In this document: positions 39,561-53,423 of the stretch, piece after piece
Layout: each line of letters begins with the position of its first letter
How positions within the stretch are numbered: position 1 is the stretch's first letter
Source of the DNA: the human T2T-CHM13v2.0 reference genome, Homo sapiens
Reading direction: 5' to 3' (one strand)
Assembly (NCBI RefSeq): GCF_009914755.1
Contig: NC_060925.1
Length of the DNA stretch: 64,000 nucleotides
Made by a program: the position numbers and the translations under genes
Notes under the pieces: generated by a model
The model's database searches: none
What the model saw: the letters and a program-made list of their open reading frames with translations, nothing else
What the model was told of the DNA's origin: nothing

Positions 39561-42500
39561 GAGACCGCCTACAGGGCTGCAAATACCAGGGTCCATTTTT
39601 AAAAATCGAGTGCTCCTAGAGGTGGGGTGGGGGTGGGAGAGCCGGGAAACCAGCAAAGCAATTTCTTTCCATTGAGTAGACAAAAACTTGGGCCACAGGG
39701 GCATCTTGTATTTTGAACAGTGACCCGATGACCCCGCTGGCCAGGTGTAGACAGCCTCAAGTCCTAAATATTTGCATTGTCCTAACTTCCCAGTTGCCTC
39801 GGATTTTAATGCCCTTTCACTCTGCGTTACAGTCAATTAGTGATTACTTAGCACCCACATTAGTAGACTGAAGCCAGAGACCCCAGTGCTGGGAGGAGAG
39901 GAGGAGCCGGGGGAAGGAGGATGGGGCTTGCAGTCCTGCAGGGATGGAAAATTAGTTAACAGGAATTAACTGTTCTTTTTATTACCTTGTTATGAAATCT
40001 GCTTTGAGCTTCTTGTTTTGGACGGGAATGGTGGGTATTTAGTGGATTTCTCTGGCTGGGAAACTTGTGTCCTCTTCCTATTGAAGAGTTGTGGATGGGG
40101 GGCGGGTAGGTGGAATCGGATAAAGGGACCTTGTGCCTTTTCTTTCAATTAAGGAAATTTTTCAGGAATAGAGCTGAGGAGCTTTGGGACGCATAGGGAC
40201 TTGGAACCAGTTTAGCTGAAGAGAGGACAAAAGGAGTAATATTACCCACTTTGAGAAACCCACGGTTGGAGACAGACTGAAGCAGCAGTTTGCTGTGGCA
40301 GCACCAAATACATGGCTGCATAGACGGCTGAATTTGGAGAGGGCTGGCTGGGGTGCCGTTGAGGCGATTTTACTTTTGTAACAATGTTTTGCCTTTCTCC
40401 CTTCCTGGAATGAGTGTTAACAATGCCCATAACAGAGATGTGGGCAAATAGGGTCCACTGCTTTTAGTAAAATTCCATCACGGTCTGGTGGCTTGAATTT
40501 CTCTTTCTTCCTCCCTCCTTCTCCTTCCCCTGTTCCCCCAATTTCTTCTGTCTATCCCTTCCTTCCTTTGCAAAATCTTTGCAGGGAGAAACATGGGATA
40601 GTGCAGGAATTCACGACACAGGGGTTTTACTCGGCGGGGGGGCGGGGAGGAGGGCGGTCGTGTGTCCAGCAGGCTGCACCGTGGTGGAGCCATCTCTCTT
40701 TCTAGGCGCCCTGGGAGGGAAGCACAGGTGCTGGGTATAGGACAGAAGCCGCCCTGGAGCTGGGCTCTTATTGTTTGTGGTAGGAAGAAATCAACTAAAA
40801 TTAGATGCCACTGTGAGGTTTTACATTATTTAGTCCTCAATTTTATAGGATCCCTGATCAAAATGGAGCACAAGTCAACCATTTTGAGGCATTGCTTTTG
40901 GGGGTAGGTGGACAGGTTGGGTTTAATTGGTGAAAATGAAATGGATTCTCCCTTGGAAAATGGACTTTGGGGTTAACTGTATGAGCGGCTGACTGGAAAG
41001 TCGTCTTGGGAGGTGAGTCCTACCTCCTGCTGTAATTTTGGTGGATTTCTTTTCTCAGATCTCCCCACCCTGTTCCCTCTGTCAGTCTGGGTCTAGCCAC
41101 AGATGTTTAACTGCAGTACCTCACCCCCACATGTCTTTAAAGTATAATTTGCTTTAATTATGATGTTAGGGGGTTAAGAGATTGGTTCTGGGAATAGCTT
41201 AATAGAGACAAAACTTGCAGCCAAATTAATTGAAAGTTTCTTGCTATGAGGGAAAGATTGCCAAACATATGGAATACTGTTACAGAGTGAGACATTAGAA
41301 AAATACATTGTAGAGATTTAGCAATGATTAAATGTGAAAATGGAGTGGAAATAGATGTGTCTACAACATTTCCATACACAAACATGGATTTGTTTAATGT
41401 AATTTTCTGTTTTATTTGCAATTACTGAGATATATGATATCCTACTGAAGAATACTAATTACGTGACAATATATCACCTAGGAGATAATCCCTGCAAATA
41501 CATATTTACATTGTGTATTTCATTTGTTACTCGACTCCTTATGTTAAAATATCCAAATTACAGCCTTAAAATGATAACATCGAAATTATCTCCAGTTTAC
41601 TTTTGAATTTGTTCTTTTATTGAAGAGGTTTCTATTTTTGACTAAGCCGAAAAAGAACAAAGGAGATTTTCAAAGGCACCCCAAGCCACCAAATAAAGCA
41701 AACAGTAAAAGTGGGAAGGATTCCGGAAAGCAAGTGAAGGGAAAGGACAGCTTCAGGTGTGATCATTTCTGATGTAAGAAGGATTTTCTGACTTTTTTTC
41801 TGGTTGCTAGTCATTTGTCAAGACAAACTAGAAAAAACTAGAAATTAGATAAAAAGACGTGAGTACACTGATGCATTTTAAAACATGTCAGTGCATATGA
41901 TGATAGAGAATATGATTTACCTTCAATGCGATGCTAATTTTTAAAATTAGAATTTTTCTAATATTTTTGTGGCTGGCCCAGCTCTCTTTCTTTAATGCTG
42001 CTGTCATCATTGATGTTCAATGTGCCTTTTCTCTTTATGTTTTAAAGAATTAATGTTGGAATTTTGTGCTTTAGCTGTGTTATGTGATTATTACTAGGTT
42101 GTGAAAATCCCTTAAGAGGAATTTTATAAAAACATTTTGGAAAATTCTGTTATTGTCTCTTCAAGATACGCTGATTTAGAATAAGTGAAAATATAAAAAC
42201 GAGAACTATAAACGGTTCAACAAAAATGAATGTTCTTTAATGACAAAGAGCCAGGGTTGGGGGGCGGCACACACCAGATTTGTCATGGAAAACTGAGTCG
42301 TGGGCCTCAGGTTTTCCCTGCGTGGGGACTGCATGGATGAATCAGGCCTTCTTCCTTTGGTCACAATTACCAGGTGATTTAAAAGGGGAATTGTGACCAG
42401 AAAACAGGATTTTATCATCAGCGGTGATGGTGGCTACTTTGAAATGGAAAGTTTTATTTTTGAAATATTTATCCAGTAATAGACCTCTTAGTTAATTTAA

Positions 42501-43617
42501 TTTTAATGTAACTATACCTCCGTTATAAATCTTTGACCTGGACATTTCAGAACTCAGGTATGTGTTTAGGCAGGTGTGCCACAGCTTGGTATATCCTGTA
42601 GCTTCACCTTGTTGATGCATTTTAGAATTAGTTATTCCCCGACTAAATCAATGAGCCCCCCACTGACAGTATTTCCCAAGCCTGCCTTTAGAAAACCATC
42701 TTCCTTCTTTCTTACTCAGGGAACCTGAGGCAACAGAACAGCAATGTCTGCAATTTGTTGTTTTCTCTTCCTTACATGTGGGAAAGGAATGGAAAATTTC
42801 AAGAAAAACATTTGCATACTATTTCAGTTGCATATGTGATTCCTTAAAGCCCCATTTGGCGTCTCCTTTCAGTTAGTAGTCAGTAAAGAAACTTAACAAA
42901 TAAATAAAATTAAACGTTTTTGGAAATACATATTGGCCAAATGTTATTTGAGACAGAGCTCAAAAAACTGCTTACTTCTGGAGGGAAATCACCAGCAAAA
43001 AGGTTTTGGGCAAAAATCCCAGATGGAGGTGGCTTTGATTGAGCACAGGTGGAAGCCATCAGACCCAGAGTAAAAGAAGGTTTAGTCCTAATTCGGCCTC
43101 AAACTGTGTACCCGTAGGGAAGCCCCTTATTCTCAGAACCTTTTAAACGTAGACAATGAATGTCCGCTTCACAGGGTGTCTGGGAGGAGGGAATGAGCTT
43201 GCCAATTTGAAAGTACTTGACCAAGTTTGGAGTGCTGGTGGTCTTAAGGCACTCAGAGACTGGGATCACAGCTCCCATTTCACAGACACAGCCGCCCCTG
43301 GGAGCACTGCTGGCTGTCCCAAGAGGATGGCCACCTGAGGGGGAATACTGTGGGGTCTGCAAACAGGGAGACCCGGAAGTGGCTCCCATGGACCCAGCTC
43401 CTTTTCTCGAAAGGAGCAAGAAAAACCTTGTCCTGAGCATTAGGTTGTCAAGTCAAAGCATGAAACAAAAAGAACACTTCATCCAGAAGGCAGTTAAAAA
43501 GCAAAGGGAGTTAAAAAGCAAAAGCCTCACAGGAGGCACATCAAGCTGGCACATCAAAGTACAAACTTTACAAAATATTAATCTGGTCTCAGAGCATCGT
43601 TAAATAAACATTATTCC

Positions 43618-43752
43618 CTTTTAAAATTATTATAATAGAGATAGGGGCTCACTATGTTGCCCAGACTGGTCTCGAACTTCTGGGTTCAAGTAATCCTCTC
43701 ACCTTGGCCTCCCAAAGTGCTGGGATTACAGGTGTGAGCCACCGTGCCCGGC
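43618..43752 (-). mobile_element. Alu left monomer (FLAM-like)
   Basis: Single arm with TAAACATT flanks. Confidence 0.85.
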
Positions 43753-44914
43753 CTAAACATTCCTATCAGTACAAAGTTTTAAAAATATTTAAGTAGCACA
43801 TCAGCATTATGATTCCAATGGAAAGATCTGAAATTCTGACTCCTTTCCCCAGAAAGGTGCCTTTTCTTAAATATATTTTAGAAGTCATTGTCGGATATGT
43901 TGGCTCTCATATTAGTCTCTTTAGTGGAATTTTTTTTTCCTTTACCCTTTTGATCTTCCGTGACGAAAGGGATAGAAAACACCATTTTTCAAATAATTAA
44001 AATCGATCAAACAAACACAAACGCTCTGTGAAATGTTTCATGGTGGCCCCTGGTTCCTTGAGAGCAGTTTCTTGGAAATGAAGAAACGTGAGTGGGGAAT
44101 ACAAATGCATGATATTTATTATCTCTCACCAGAGGGGTGTGGGCAGTTTGGTCTGCCATGGATCACATCAGACCTTTTGATCTCTTCCACTTCCCAGCTT
44201 TCGGAAACCATTAATGGAGGAATTTGGGGATTTAAAAATGGAATCCAGTTTCTGATGGGCCACTGTGAAAAATAAGCCCAATGTGCCTCTGTCACAATGC
44301 TTCAGGTGCTTTGAGGGCTGGCTATCACGTTGTGAGTTTTAAAAGCTTCCTCGATGAAGAAGGAGATTATGGCTACCGGGGAAGGGTCTGTAGCCATTTC
44401 TTATCAAGTAAGAAATAGTCTCTTTTCCTTTGGGCATTTAGTTGTCTCTAGGAAAAAATGCTAGAAGCCCCAAACGTCAATTTCAACCCAATCTACCCTC
44501 ACCTGGATACATTACAGCAACAGTGAAGTAAGATCAGGCAGTTGTGGCCTCAACCTCCTCATTTTTACCATCCACATGTTCGGAGAGACCAAGATTTGGC
44601 AACTTTGTCATTCTGCAGAGGAAAGAGTCTGCCAGATCCCTTTATTCCAGAAAGACTGAGCCCTTGTAATACTGCATTGTCTGCTGTTTATACTCCAGGA
44701 TCACGTTGATTAAAAAAGAGTGTGTGTCTTCGGAATGCTTTAGAATTAAGGGAGTGGAGGAGAGTTCTGAGTGTTTAGGAGGGGGTTGAGGGAGGGAAAA
44801 GGTATATTGGGAAATAATGAAGTATGAAGTAATTTTGATACACTTTATAGACATGCATCTTGTTGGCAACTGGCTATGAGACAGTGAAGGAGAGAGCTGA
44901 CCACTGGCCTTGGA

Positions 44915-45100
44915 CAGTGGCACTGTGAGGGCTCGGTGTTTTACATGCATTACCTGATGTGGCCATAACACAGCTACCTCGAAAGAGTGGTATGATTATC
45001 CCCATTTTATAGATATGAAAATCAAGGCTTGAAGACATTAAGCAGTTTGCCCAAGATCACATACAGGGTGGAATTAGGATCTGAGCTCAGGTCTGACTAG
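44915..45100. mobile_element. MIR
   Basis: ATTATCCCCATTTTATAGAT...TTTGCCCAAGATCACA. Confidence 0.75.
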
Positions 45101-45148
45101 ATCTGGGATTTATTGGCATTTGGAAGACCTAAAGATTTGCAGATCTAA

Positions 45149-45452
<304 letters not shown>

Positions 45453-45654
45453 TCTCCCAGTATTTTTGAGCCCTTTCCAAAAAAGTATTTGAAACAATGT
45501 TTCTACTTCCTTCTGCTTTTCTAGTTCACTCACTCCCTACTCTCCCCACTGCTTCAGGATTGGACAGCTCCCTCATTCGGCTAAGCCTTCCTTTCCACAG
45601 ACAGAGCTTGATTTCAGAATTGGCTTTTTTTTTCCAGAGTGGCAATGCCTCATC

Positions 45655-46000
45655 CCATGTATGAGGATGTGAGTGCATGTGTTTGTGTGTGTGTGTGTAC
45701 ATGTGAGTATGTGTCTTTGAGTATATGTGAATATGCATGTACATTTGTCTGTACATGTGACTGGTACATGCATGTGCCTTTGTATATGTAGGAATGTATG
45801 TGTCTCAAGGTGTATCTTTATTTGTGATTGTGTTTCTCTGTATGTGTATGTACGTGTCTGTGTTATATGCATGTCTATGTATATAAGTATGGTGTGGGCG
45901 TGTATATATATCTGTGTGTATATATATATATCTGCGTGTATATTGAGTGTGTATGTGAGTGCGTGTGAGGATGTCTGTATGTGTTCATGCAGGTACATGT
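45655..46000. repeat. Degenerate (TG/TA)n low-complexity tract
   Basis: Read directly from the sequence. Confidence 0.85.
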
Positions 46001-46352
46001 GGGCTTAGGTCTATGCCTCGACTATGTCCCTCTGCATGACTAGGAATGCTCTGGTGGGCGGGCCTTGCAGATGGGTAGTGTGTTGTTCTATGTGGTTTAG
46101 CATTTCCAAAGATTCTTTGGCTGTTCCAGGGACATTACTTTTTTGTTTCTGAGTTTACCCTCTGCAGAGCCCCAGCAGAGAGCATCGTCACGAAATGCTT
46201 ATGGGCAGATAAGAGAAAAACTTTCATTTTAAGTGAAACGACTCCTCATATTGAGTTGATATTAATAGATCAAATTTTGTCTTTAGTGACTCCAAGCATC
46301 TATGTAAATTGCAGTTTTAATGTGGAATTTTGAGATACTAAATACTGCATGA

Positions 46353-46704
<352 letters not shown>

Positions 46705-47409
46705 CTGTAAGGGGAGGGGAGGGGAGGAGTTCTCCCCTCCTCTGCCCTGCAAGAGGAGGCCAAGGTAGTCTTCCTCGACGCCTCCTCCCTCAGGAGGAGG
46801 AGATCCGGTTCATGCACCAGAACTTTATTCCTGGTAGGAAACCTAGATAAACTCTGTCCTGTTTAGCCTTTCTAAACTGTAAAAATAATAATTTATTACA
46901 GGTTTAATTAAGAGGCTTATGTTGTTGCTCTTTGAAAAATTTCCAGATAGTTTATATTTTTTACTAATCTAAATAATTAAATAGGGGCCATGTTGCCTGG
47001 AGTGTGGGGTCTGAGTTCACAGGTCTCCACATCCTCACAAGTAGGGATGGGCGCCATCAACAGGCAGACACCTTGTAGCTGGGGGAGGAGATTGTGGACA
47101 GAGGCTGCTGCTTCCCGCCCTCCTGTGGACATTAGGCATCCATCCCATATGACACATGCACACTAGATGCCTGTGTCATCTCAGTTTTTGCCTCTAACAT
47201 TTCCATTTACCCAGCTGTTAGGGAGCTCAAGAGGCCAGTGGTCTTATAATCCCTTGTTGCTGTACATGGAATCGTGTTGAGACTCTCTCTGCCACAATTT
47301 CCTATCTAAAAAAATGACAGGCTCAAGCCAAATAAGGGGATGGTTCAGGCCCCTTGAGCTCTCAGGTTGGGTTAGTCCATCTTCAGGAAAGCAGCAGCAC
47401 AGTCTATTG

Positions 47410-47560
47410 GTTGGAATTCTGGCTCCCCCACCGTCAGCCTTGGGCACATCGCCTGATCTCGCGAAGGCTCAGTTTCCTCATCTGTAAAATGGGGATGATA
47501 ATTCCTTCCTCGTTGAGAGTGGCTCACTGACGTAATACACACTCAAGCCCTGACGTGGCT
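47410..47560. mobile_element. MIR
   Basis: CTCAGTTTCCTCATCTGTAAAATGGGGATGATAAT. Confidence 0.8.
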
Positions 47561-49049
47561 CATAACAGGCTTCTGATGCCTACGTGTATTACTGTGATTG
47601 GTATATTGGAGATCTTTTAGAGCATTTCCAAATTATCTTTGTTTAATCCCCCCGTCAACATCTACAGTGGAATAGAAAAGGTTTTTAATTTTTAACTTAA
47701 AGGGCACCCTTGGTAGGCCCCTTCCATTTTTGCCAAGCCAGAGGGCCCCGGTTTGGTCCCAAGGCCTCTCTGTGAGGACTTCTAGTTTGGGCAGCCCAGA
47801 GTGACCCAGCGCGGATCCTCTCCTCCAAGTTCGAGGCTGAAACGACTTGTCTGTCTGCTTTTAGTGTTGTTCCTCAATGTGATGCTGTCTCTGCTTACAA
47901 GCCTCTAAAACTCCCCTGCCCACCATTCCCTGCATACATTAGCCCTAATGTATTCTCTCTTGAATACTCATCAGATTAAGGCTCCCACTAGATATCCTGC
48001 TCAAAATAAATTTTATGGGCATATATCCTCACCCTCATCCCATGTATTTGTGGCTGGGAGGAGAAATATAGCCAAATCTCTTCTCAGAGGGCTGGCCAAA
48101 CAACAATTAGGTAGGAATCTGTGGCCCCTCTTGCCCAGGAGCCATGGGAGGTGCAAGGAGTTGGGCTAGCTCCCAGCCTGCATGCCAAGGGCCAGAGAAG
48201 ATGGTGCTTCATCTGGGTTCTCAAAGAGTTAATTGCCCCCCTGGGAGTCCAGCTCCTGGAAATCCAGATCACACAAAGAAGTCCCTGACCTGACTCCCAG
48301 GGCAGAGGTGCGGCTGTGCCACTGGGGCATGAAGCCCTGCACAGCTGTGCCTAGCAGCCTCCTGCCACGGCTGTGCCCCGCTGTCGGGGCTCAGTGGGCA
48401 CACAGCACTGCCCTGTGGCACACAGCAGGCCTTGTTCACACATTCCTGCTGGCTCTGCATGCCCTTTGTACTTAACTCACTTCCCTGAGCTGGGAGGGCT
48501 TCCTGGTTGGGTCTCCCCTCCTCTCCCCTGCAAGAGGAGGCCTGGGCAGTCCTCCCTGACCCCTCCTCCCTCAGCCTTTCTTCTGCTCAGCAGACCGCAA
48601 GGGCACTGAACTCAGCTCATGCTGGAGAAACCCACTCCCCCTTGCCCTTCATAACCCTCCTGACCTGAGTTGTCCCCTACTTTCTCCTGCTTCAGACTGG
48701 GGGGCGTCACACCAAAGGAGTTCCTGGCTATCCACCCTTCATAGACTGGCGGGCTCATGTGTCACCTCCTCACCAAGACCTTCCAGGGCCCTCCAGGGAT
48801 TCCAGCCAGCCCCTGATGGCCCCTGATGGCCCCTGGAGGGAGACCAGGGGTGTGGCTGAGTGAGTACCTGCATGGGGCAGACAGGCATGGCCCCAAGCCG
48901 CTGGCATAATTGCTGTGTGAGGCGGCCACTCGGCCTCCACGGGAGAGTCATGACATCTCTGCAGGGATTCTTATGAGGGCTCCATAAGAAAATGCCCACG
49001 AACATGGGTGCCTAACTTGCCTTTCCGTGGGCATGACAGTTATCTCCTA

Positions 49050-49272
49050 ATAATAGCAAGCCTGTCTTGAGCACCTACTGTATACCAGGGCCTGTCCTAA
49101 AAATTGTCCATGTGTCAATCCGTTTGCTCCTCACAACAATCCTACAGGCACTATTGTCATCATCACCCCCTTTTACAGGTGAGGAAACTGAGGCAGAGAG
49201 AGGCTAAGTCATTTTTCCAAGTTTAAAAAGCAGAGCCAGGATCCAAACCCAGGCAGCTGAGCTCCAGAATCC
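49050..49272. mobile_element. MIR
   Basis: TTGAGCACCTACTGTATACCAGG...TTTTACAGGTGAGGAAACTGAGGCAGAGAGAGGCTAAGT. Confidence 0.85.
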
Positions 49273-49833
49273 ACATTCCCACCCCGTGTCCTGCCCATGC
49301 CCTCACTGGGTGGAAACCCCTGTGGCCGTCATTGTTCAGTACTTTGCTGGGCACAGTGGAACTCCTGGGTAAGTACTGATTGACTGGACTGCGTATTTCT
49401 CAAGGAGGAAAACTGTGGAGATAGAAAAAAAAAAAAGAATCCTGTATGTACTGGGACAATTAGCAAGTGGGACACCTGATAGTTTTCATGGGATATTTTG
49501 GTCTGAGAAAGGGGTCAACAGGCAAAGCATGTATACCAGGCCTGACTTCCACGCAAATACTGGTAGTGCTGGGGCCATGAAGGGAATAGGCTGGGGTTGG
49601 GGTTTAATTGGGCCCAAAGTTGGTACTTCTGTGTACAGGGCTAGTGATGGCATTTAGTGAGTGTCCCAATAGCCTATTTATAGGGTTTAAGTACAAACGT
49701 CTTAATAGTCAAGAAAGCCTTCTCTCTACATAGGTTTAGATGTGTTTAAAATTTTTCTTAGTACATTGAGGGTAATTCCTTTATGTTAACACTTTTTAAA
49801 TTATATCACAACCAACAAATATGATATGAATCA

Positions 49834-50154
<321 letters not shown>

Positions 50155-51701
50155 CCCATGTATGATTCATGAGAGATTTGGTTTTACTGCTGTTGACATT
50201 TTGGAGTGTACAGGAGATACTAGTGAAAAGCTGTTTCAAGGTGAGCCTCTCAGACAGGATTTAATCAATTTATTATTTAGCGATAAACATCTATGGCATT
50301 ACCCTTGTGTGCCAGGCACCGTGCTAGGCAGTGACCGTTTAGACAAACAACGAGCAAAGGTGTCTTTTATAATAGGGGTGGTAAACCCTGGGGTTGCCAG
50401 CCTCGTGAGTGCTGTATCAGGAGGATACTGTAGGAGGCCAAACGCTTGCACTTTTGTTTTTCTTCTTAATACTTGTTGATTTGTTACCTTCCTTTTTTGA
50501 AAAGCACAGGGGAAAATGGCTAGAGATCCTAGTACTGTTTGTTCATCCAACCACGGAAACCTGACCATTTTGTAGATGTTGAAACAGTCAGTGACTCAAA
50601 ATACTATCAAATTCGCAAGCAATCCCTTGGAAAGATGGGATGGTGGAGAAACAGACCTCAGATAGGAAGTCACCCAGGACAGGAACCGGATGGGGCAGTG
50701 GTTAGGGTTCTGTTGCAGACAATAGAGTCTTCTTTCACTATTTAAGTGAAAAGTGATTACTCATCAGGTGGCAGGTGACTTTCAACTCAGTGGAGCCAGC
50801 TGGTTGGAGCTTCCAGGATAACTCTCAGCCCCCAGAATTTCACTGCCTCTGCTGTGACTGATCAGGACAGTGCAATACCCACCAAAGCACTTCATCGCCT
50901 CCGCCGTGACGCACACCAGCACAATGGGAGCCTGCCCCTCAGCTATCCTGACATTTAGCTCAGTTCTGAATTCAAGTCTTTCCCAAGAGCATTTGATTGG
51001 AAGACTCAATCATCTTCAAAATGTGAGCCGCTAGGGCATCTGGAAAAGCAGTTTCTAGCTTTCCTATCTGCAGCACCGGAAGGCACATTAGGATGAGGTA
51101 TTGATCCAGCCAATCTATGGTATCAGTTGCAGTTCATTAAAATATTGAGATTTTCTCTACAAGAGCACACTCAGGCTTGGACCTTGATCACTGCCCGCCC
51201 CCTCCCCCACACCATATTTATCATTTGCTTTTCAGGACAGATGGCCTTTCAGTCCAGGCCTGGGCAGGGCTCACTTTGGGGGCTGATGTTTTTAGCAGAG
51301 CTTCCAATCACTTGTGAAAATGTCGTGGAAACAGAGGTGGATGTTGCTGAGCCTTCCTGGCCTGTTGGCTGTGGAACTGCAGCTGACATAAATGGGTTAG
51401 CTGCTGCTGCTAGCCTTATGGTGCCCTTAGAAGTGAGTGATTCCTCTGGGCCAAAGTCACCCCAAGCCAGAATACACAGCCTGGCCAGCAAAGCAAGGGT
51501 TGGCTTTCAGTCCCCACTTGTTCCTTGACTATGTACGTTTGTGTGCAATGTATAACCTGTACAACTATATGCAACAGCTCTGCGGTTTGGGCCATGTCTG
51601 TTTCCACCATCAGCAGAGTGGGAAGGCACCCGCCAGGGCCTGGCCTGGTTAGCAGGGCTGTGTGGAAGGCTCACAGTGCCTCTCTCTCCTCTTCCTCACA
51701 G

Positions 51702-51873
51702 AGATTCCCCAGTGCGCTGGCTGCAACCAGCACATCCTGGACAAGTTCATCCTGAAGGTCCTGGACAGACACTGGCACAGCTCCTGCCTCAAGTGTGCAG
51801 ACTGCCAGATGCAGCTGGCGGACAGGTGCTTCTCCAGGGCTGGGAGCGTCTACTGCAAGGAGGACTTCTTCAA
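51702..51873 (+). CDS. LHX4: LHX4 coding exon 2 (LIM domain 1)
   Basis: Acceptor CTCTCTCCTCTTCCTCACAG|, 172 nt encoding [57 protein letters not shown] (LIM pattern CxxC...HxxCxxCxxC...CxxD), then donor AA|GTAAGT. Confidence 0.98.
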
Positions 51874-52439
51874 GTAAGTCAGAACGGTCCGTCTCGTGGC
51901 CCTGGCCTGTCTCTGCCTCTCCCCAAGCAGTGAGGGGGAAGTTTGCAGCAGGGTAGGCCAGGGAGGGTGGAGAGTCCACTCTGGGAGGGGCAGGTAAATC
52001 CTGGAGCTGAGAGGATGCCCCTTGTTGAGGTCCCCCTTCTGATCACTGGCCCATCACTGCCAGAGGTTCAGCTTCTAGACCTCATTTGATCTCTGCATGG
52101 GGCAGGGGTGAGGAGCCAGAGGCCTTGGGCTAGATTTCTCCAGGGTGGTTGACAAAGTTCTGCAAATCTCCTCTGTTGCTCCAAAGAGCAACAGAAAGAG
52201 TTGCTCTTTCTGTCCTGATATATTGGTGCTTCAGGGCATGTGGTTGTAACATTCCCACAACTTTCAGAACAGCTGCTTTTAGGTTCATGTCCACATCCAG
52301 AGGCGTCTCTGTGACTGTGTTTGCACAGCCTGCTTCAAGGGCCTTAGAGGCTTGCAAGAGTTGCTTCTGGCAGGAGGCAAGCCAGGCTCGGTCAATGTCG
52401 TCACTTTATATGGAAACATGACTAAGAAAGAGGCAGTTT

Positions 52440-52660
52440 CATGTGATGGTTGAGTCCAGGCTCTGCCTGTATTCGAACCCACTTATTGGCGGTGTGCTCT
52501 TGGGTAGGTTACTTAACTTCTCTATGCCTCAGTTTGTTTTTCTGTAAAATGGGGCTCACAGTAGTAGTCCCTACCTCATGAGGTTTTTATTAGCTTTAAA
52601 TAAGTCTATTTATGCATCAAGTCCTCAGGACAGTGCCTGACACTTGAGTGTTAGCTCTTA
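52440..52660. mobile_element. MIR
   Basis: TTACTTAACTTCTCTATGCCTCAGTTT...CTGTAAAATGGGG. Confidence 0.8.
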
Positions 52661-53284
52661 AGACTGTCTGAGATTTTCCTTTCTGGGGTGGGGTTCATCA
52701 AAAACTTCCTGTTGGAGCTTTGGGTCAGGGTGAGAAGACCTCCTGGAAGGTGTTTTCCATGGCATTTAGTCCTTGACTTCTCTCCCAGAATCTATTACCC
52801 AAGGCAGTGATGTTGGTGCCTTAGCCAATGTGGAGCAGCTGGCAGCAAGCAAAGCCAAGAGCCGGAGGTGGGGGTTAGGGATCAGTGACGCTGAGCCCTG
52901 TGTTCAGTCACACCAGCCTGGGTGGCCCAGGGGGCGCCAGGGAGGCTCGCCAAAGGCTGAACACACCCAGCCCAGATAACCAAGCCCCATAGAGGCACCT
53001 CATGCTGAAGCTGTGTATTCGGAAGATGGGGGTTGAGGGGGAGTAATGGGGAGAAATGTGAGTCCTGGATACAGAATACGATTTCTCCCACATCTTCCCA
53101 AAGGTTTCACTATGGAGAATAAGTGATTTGAATATCTGAGGATTCTCACATTTCTTTAGTGCAGTGAGTTGAAGAGCACATTAAAGATCTTGGTAACCAG
53201 TGCGTGGGGCTGTCTCCCCGCCTGTGTGCAGAGGGTGCACTCACTGTCACCACGGTACTTTGCTCAGATATGTGCTGCTCCCTA

Positions 53285-53423
53285 CGTGTGAGTGTGTGTG
53301 TGTGTGAGTGTGTGTATGAGTGTGTGTGTGACAGTGTGTGTGAGAGTGTGTGTGGGTGAGTGTTGTGTGAGTGTGAGAGTGTGAGTGTTGTGTGTGAGTG
53401 TGAGTGAGCGTGTGAATGTGTGT
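53285..53423. repeat. Imperfect (TG)n/(TGAG)n microsatellite
   Basis: Read directly from the sequence. Confidence 0.9.

Noticed and set aside
45526-46008. His/Thr- and Cys/Val-rich ORFs (also at 53.1-53.6 kb and 58.4-59.0 kb)
   Set aside because: Translations of (CA)/(TG) microsatellites, not metal-binding proteins.
51662-51701. N-terminal part ([13 protein letters not shown]) of ORF 51662..51877
   Set aside because: Intronic polypyrimidine tract with a GTG pseudo-start.
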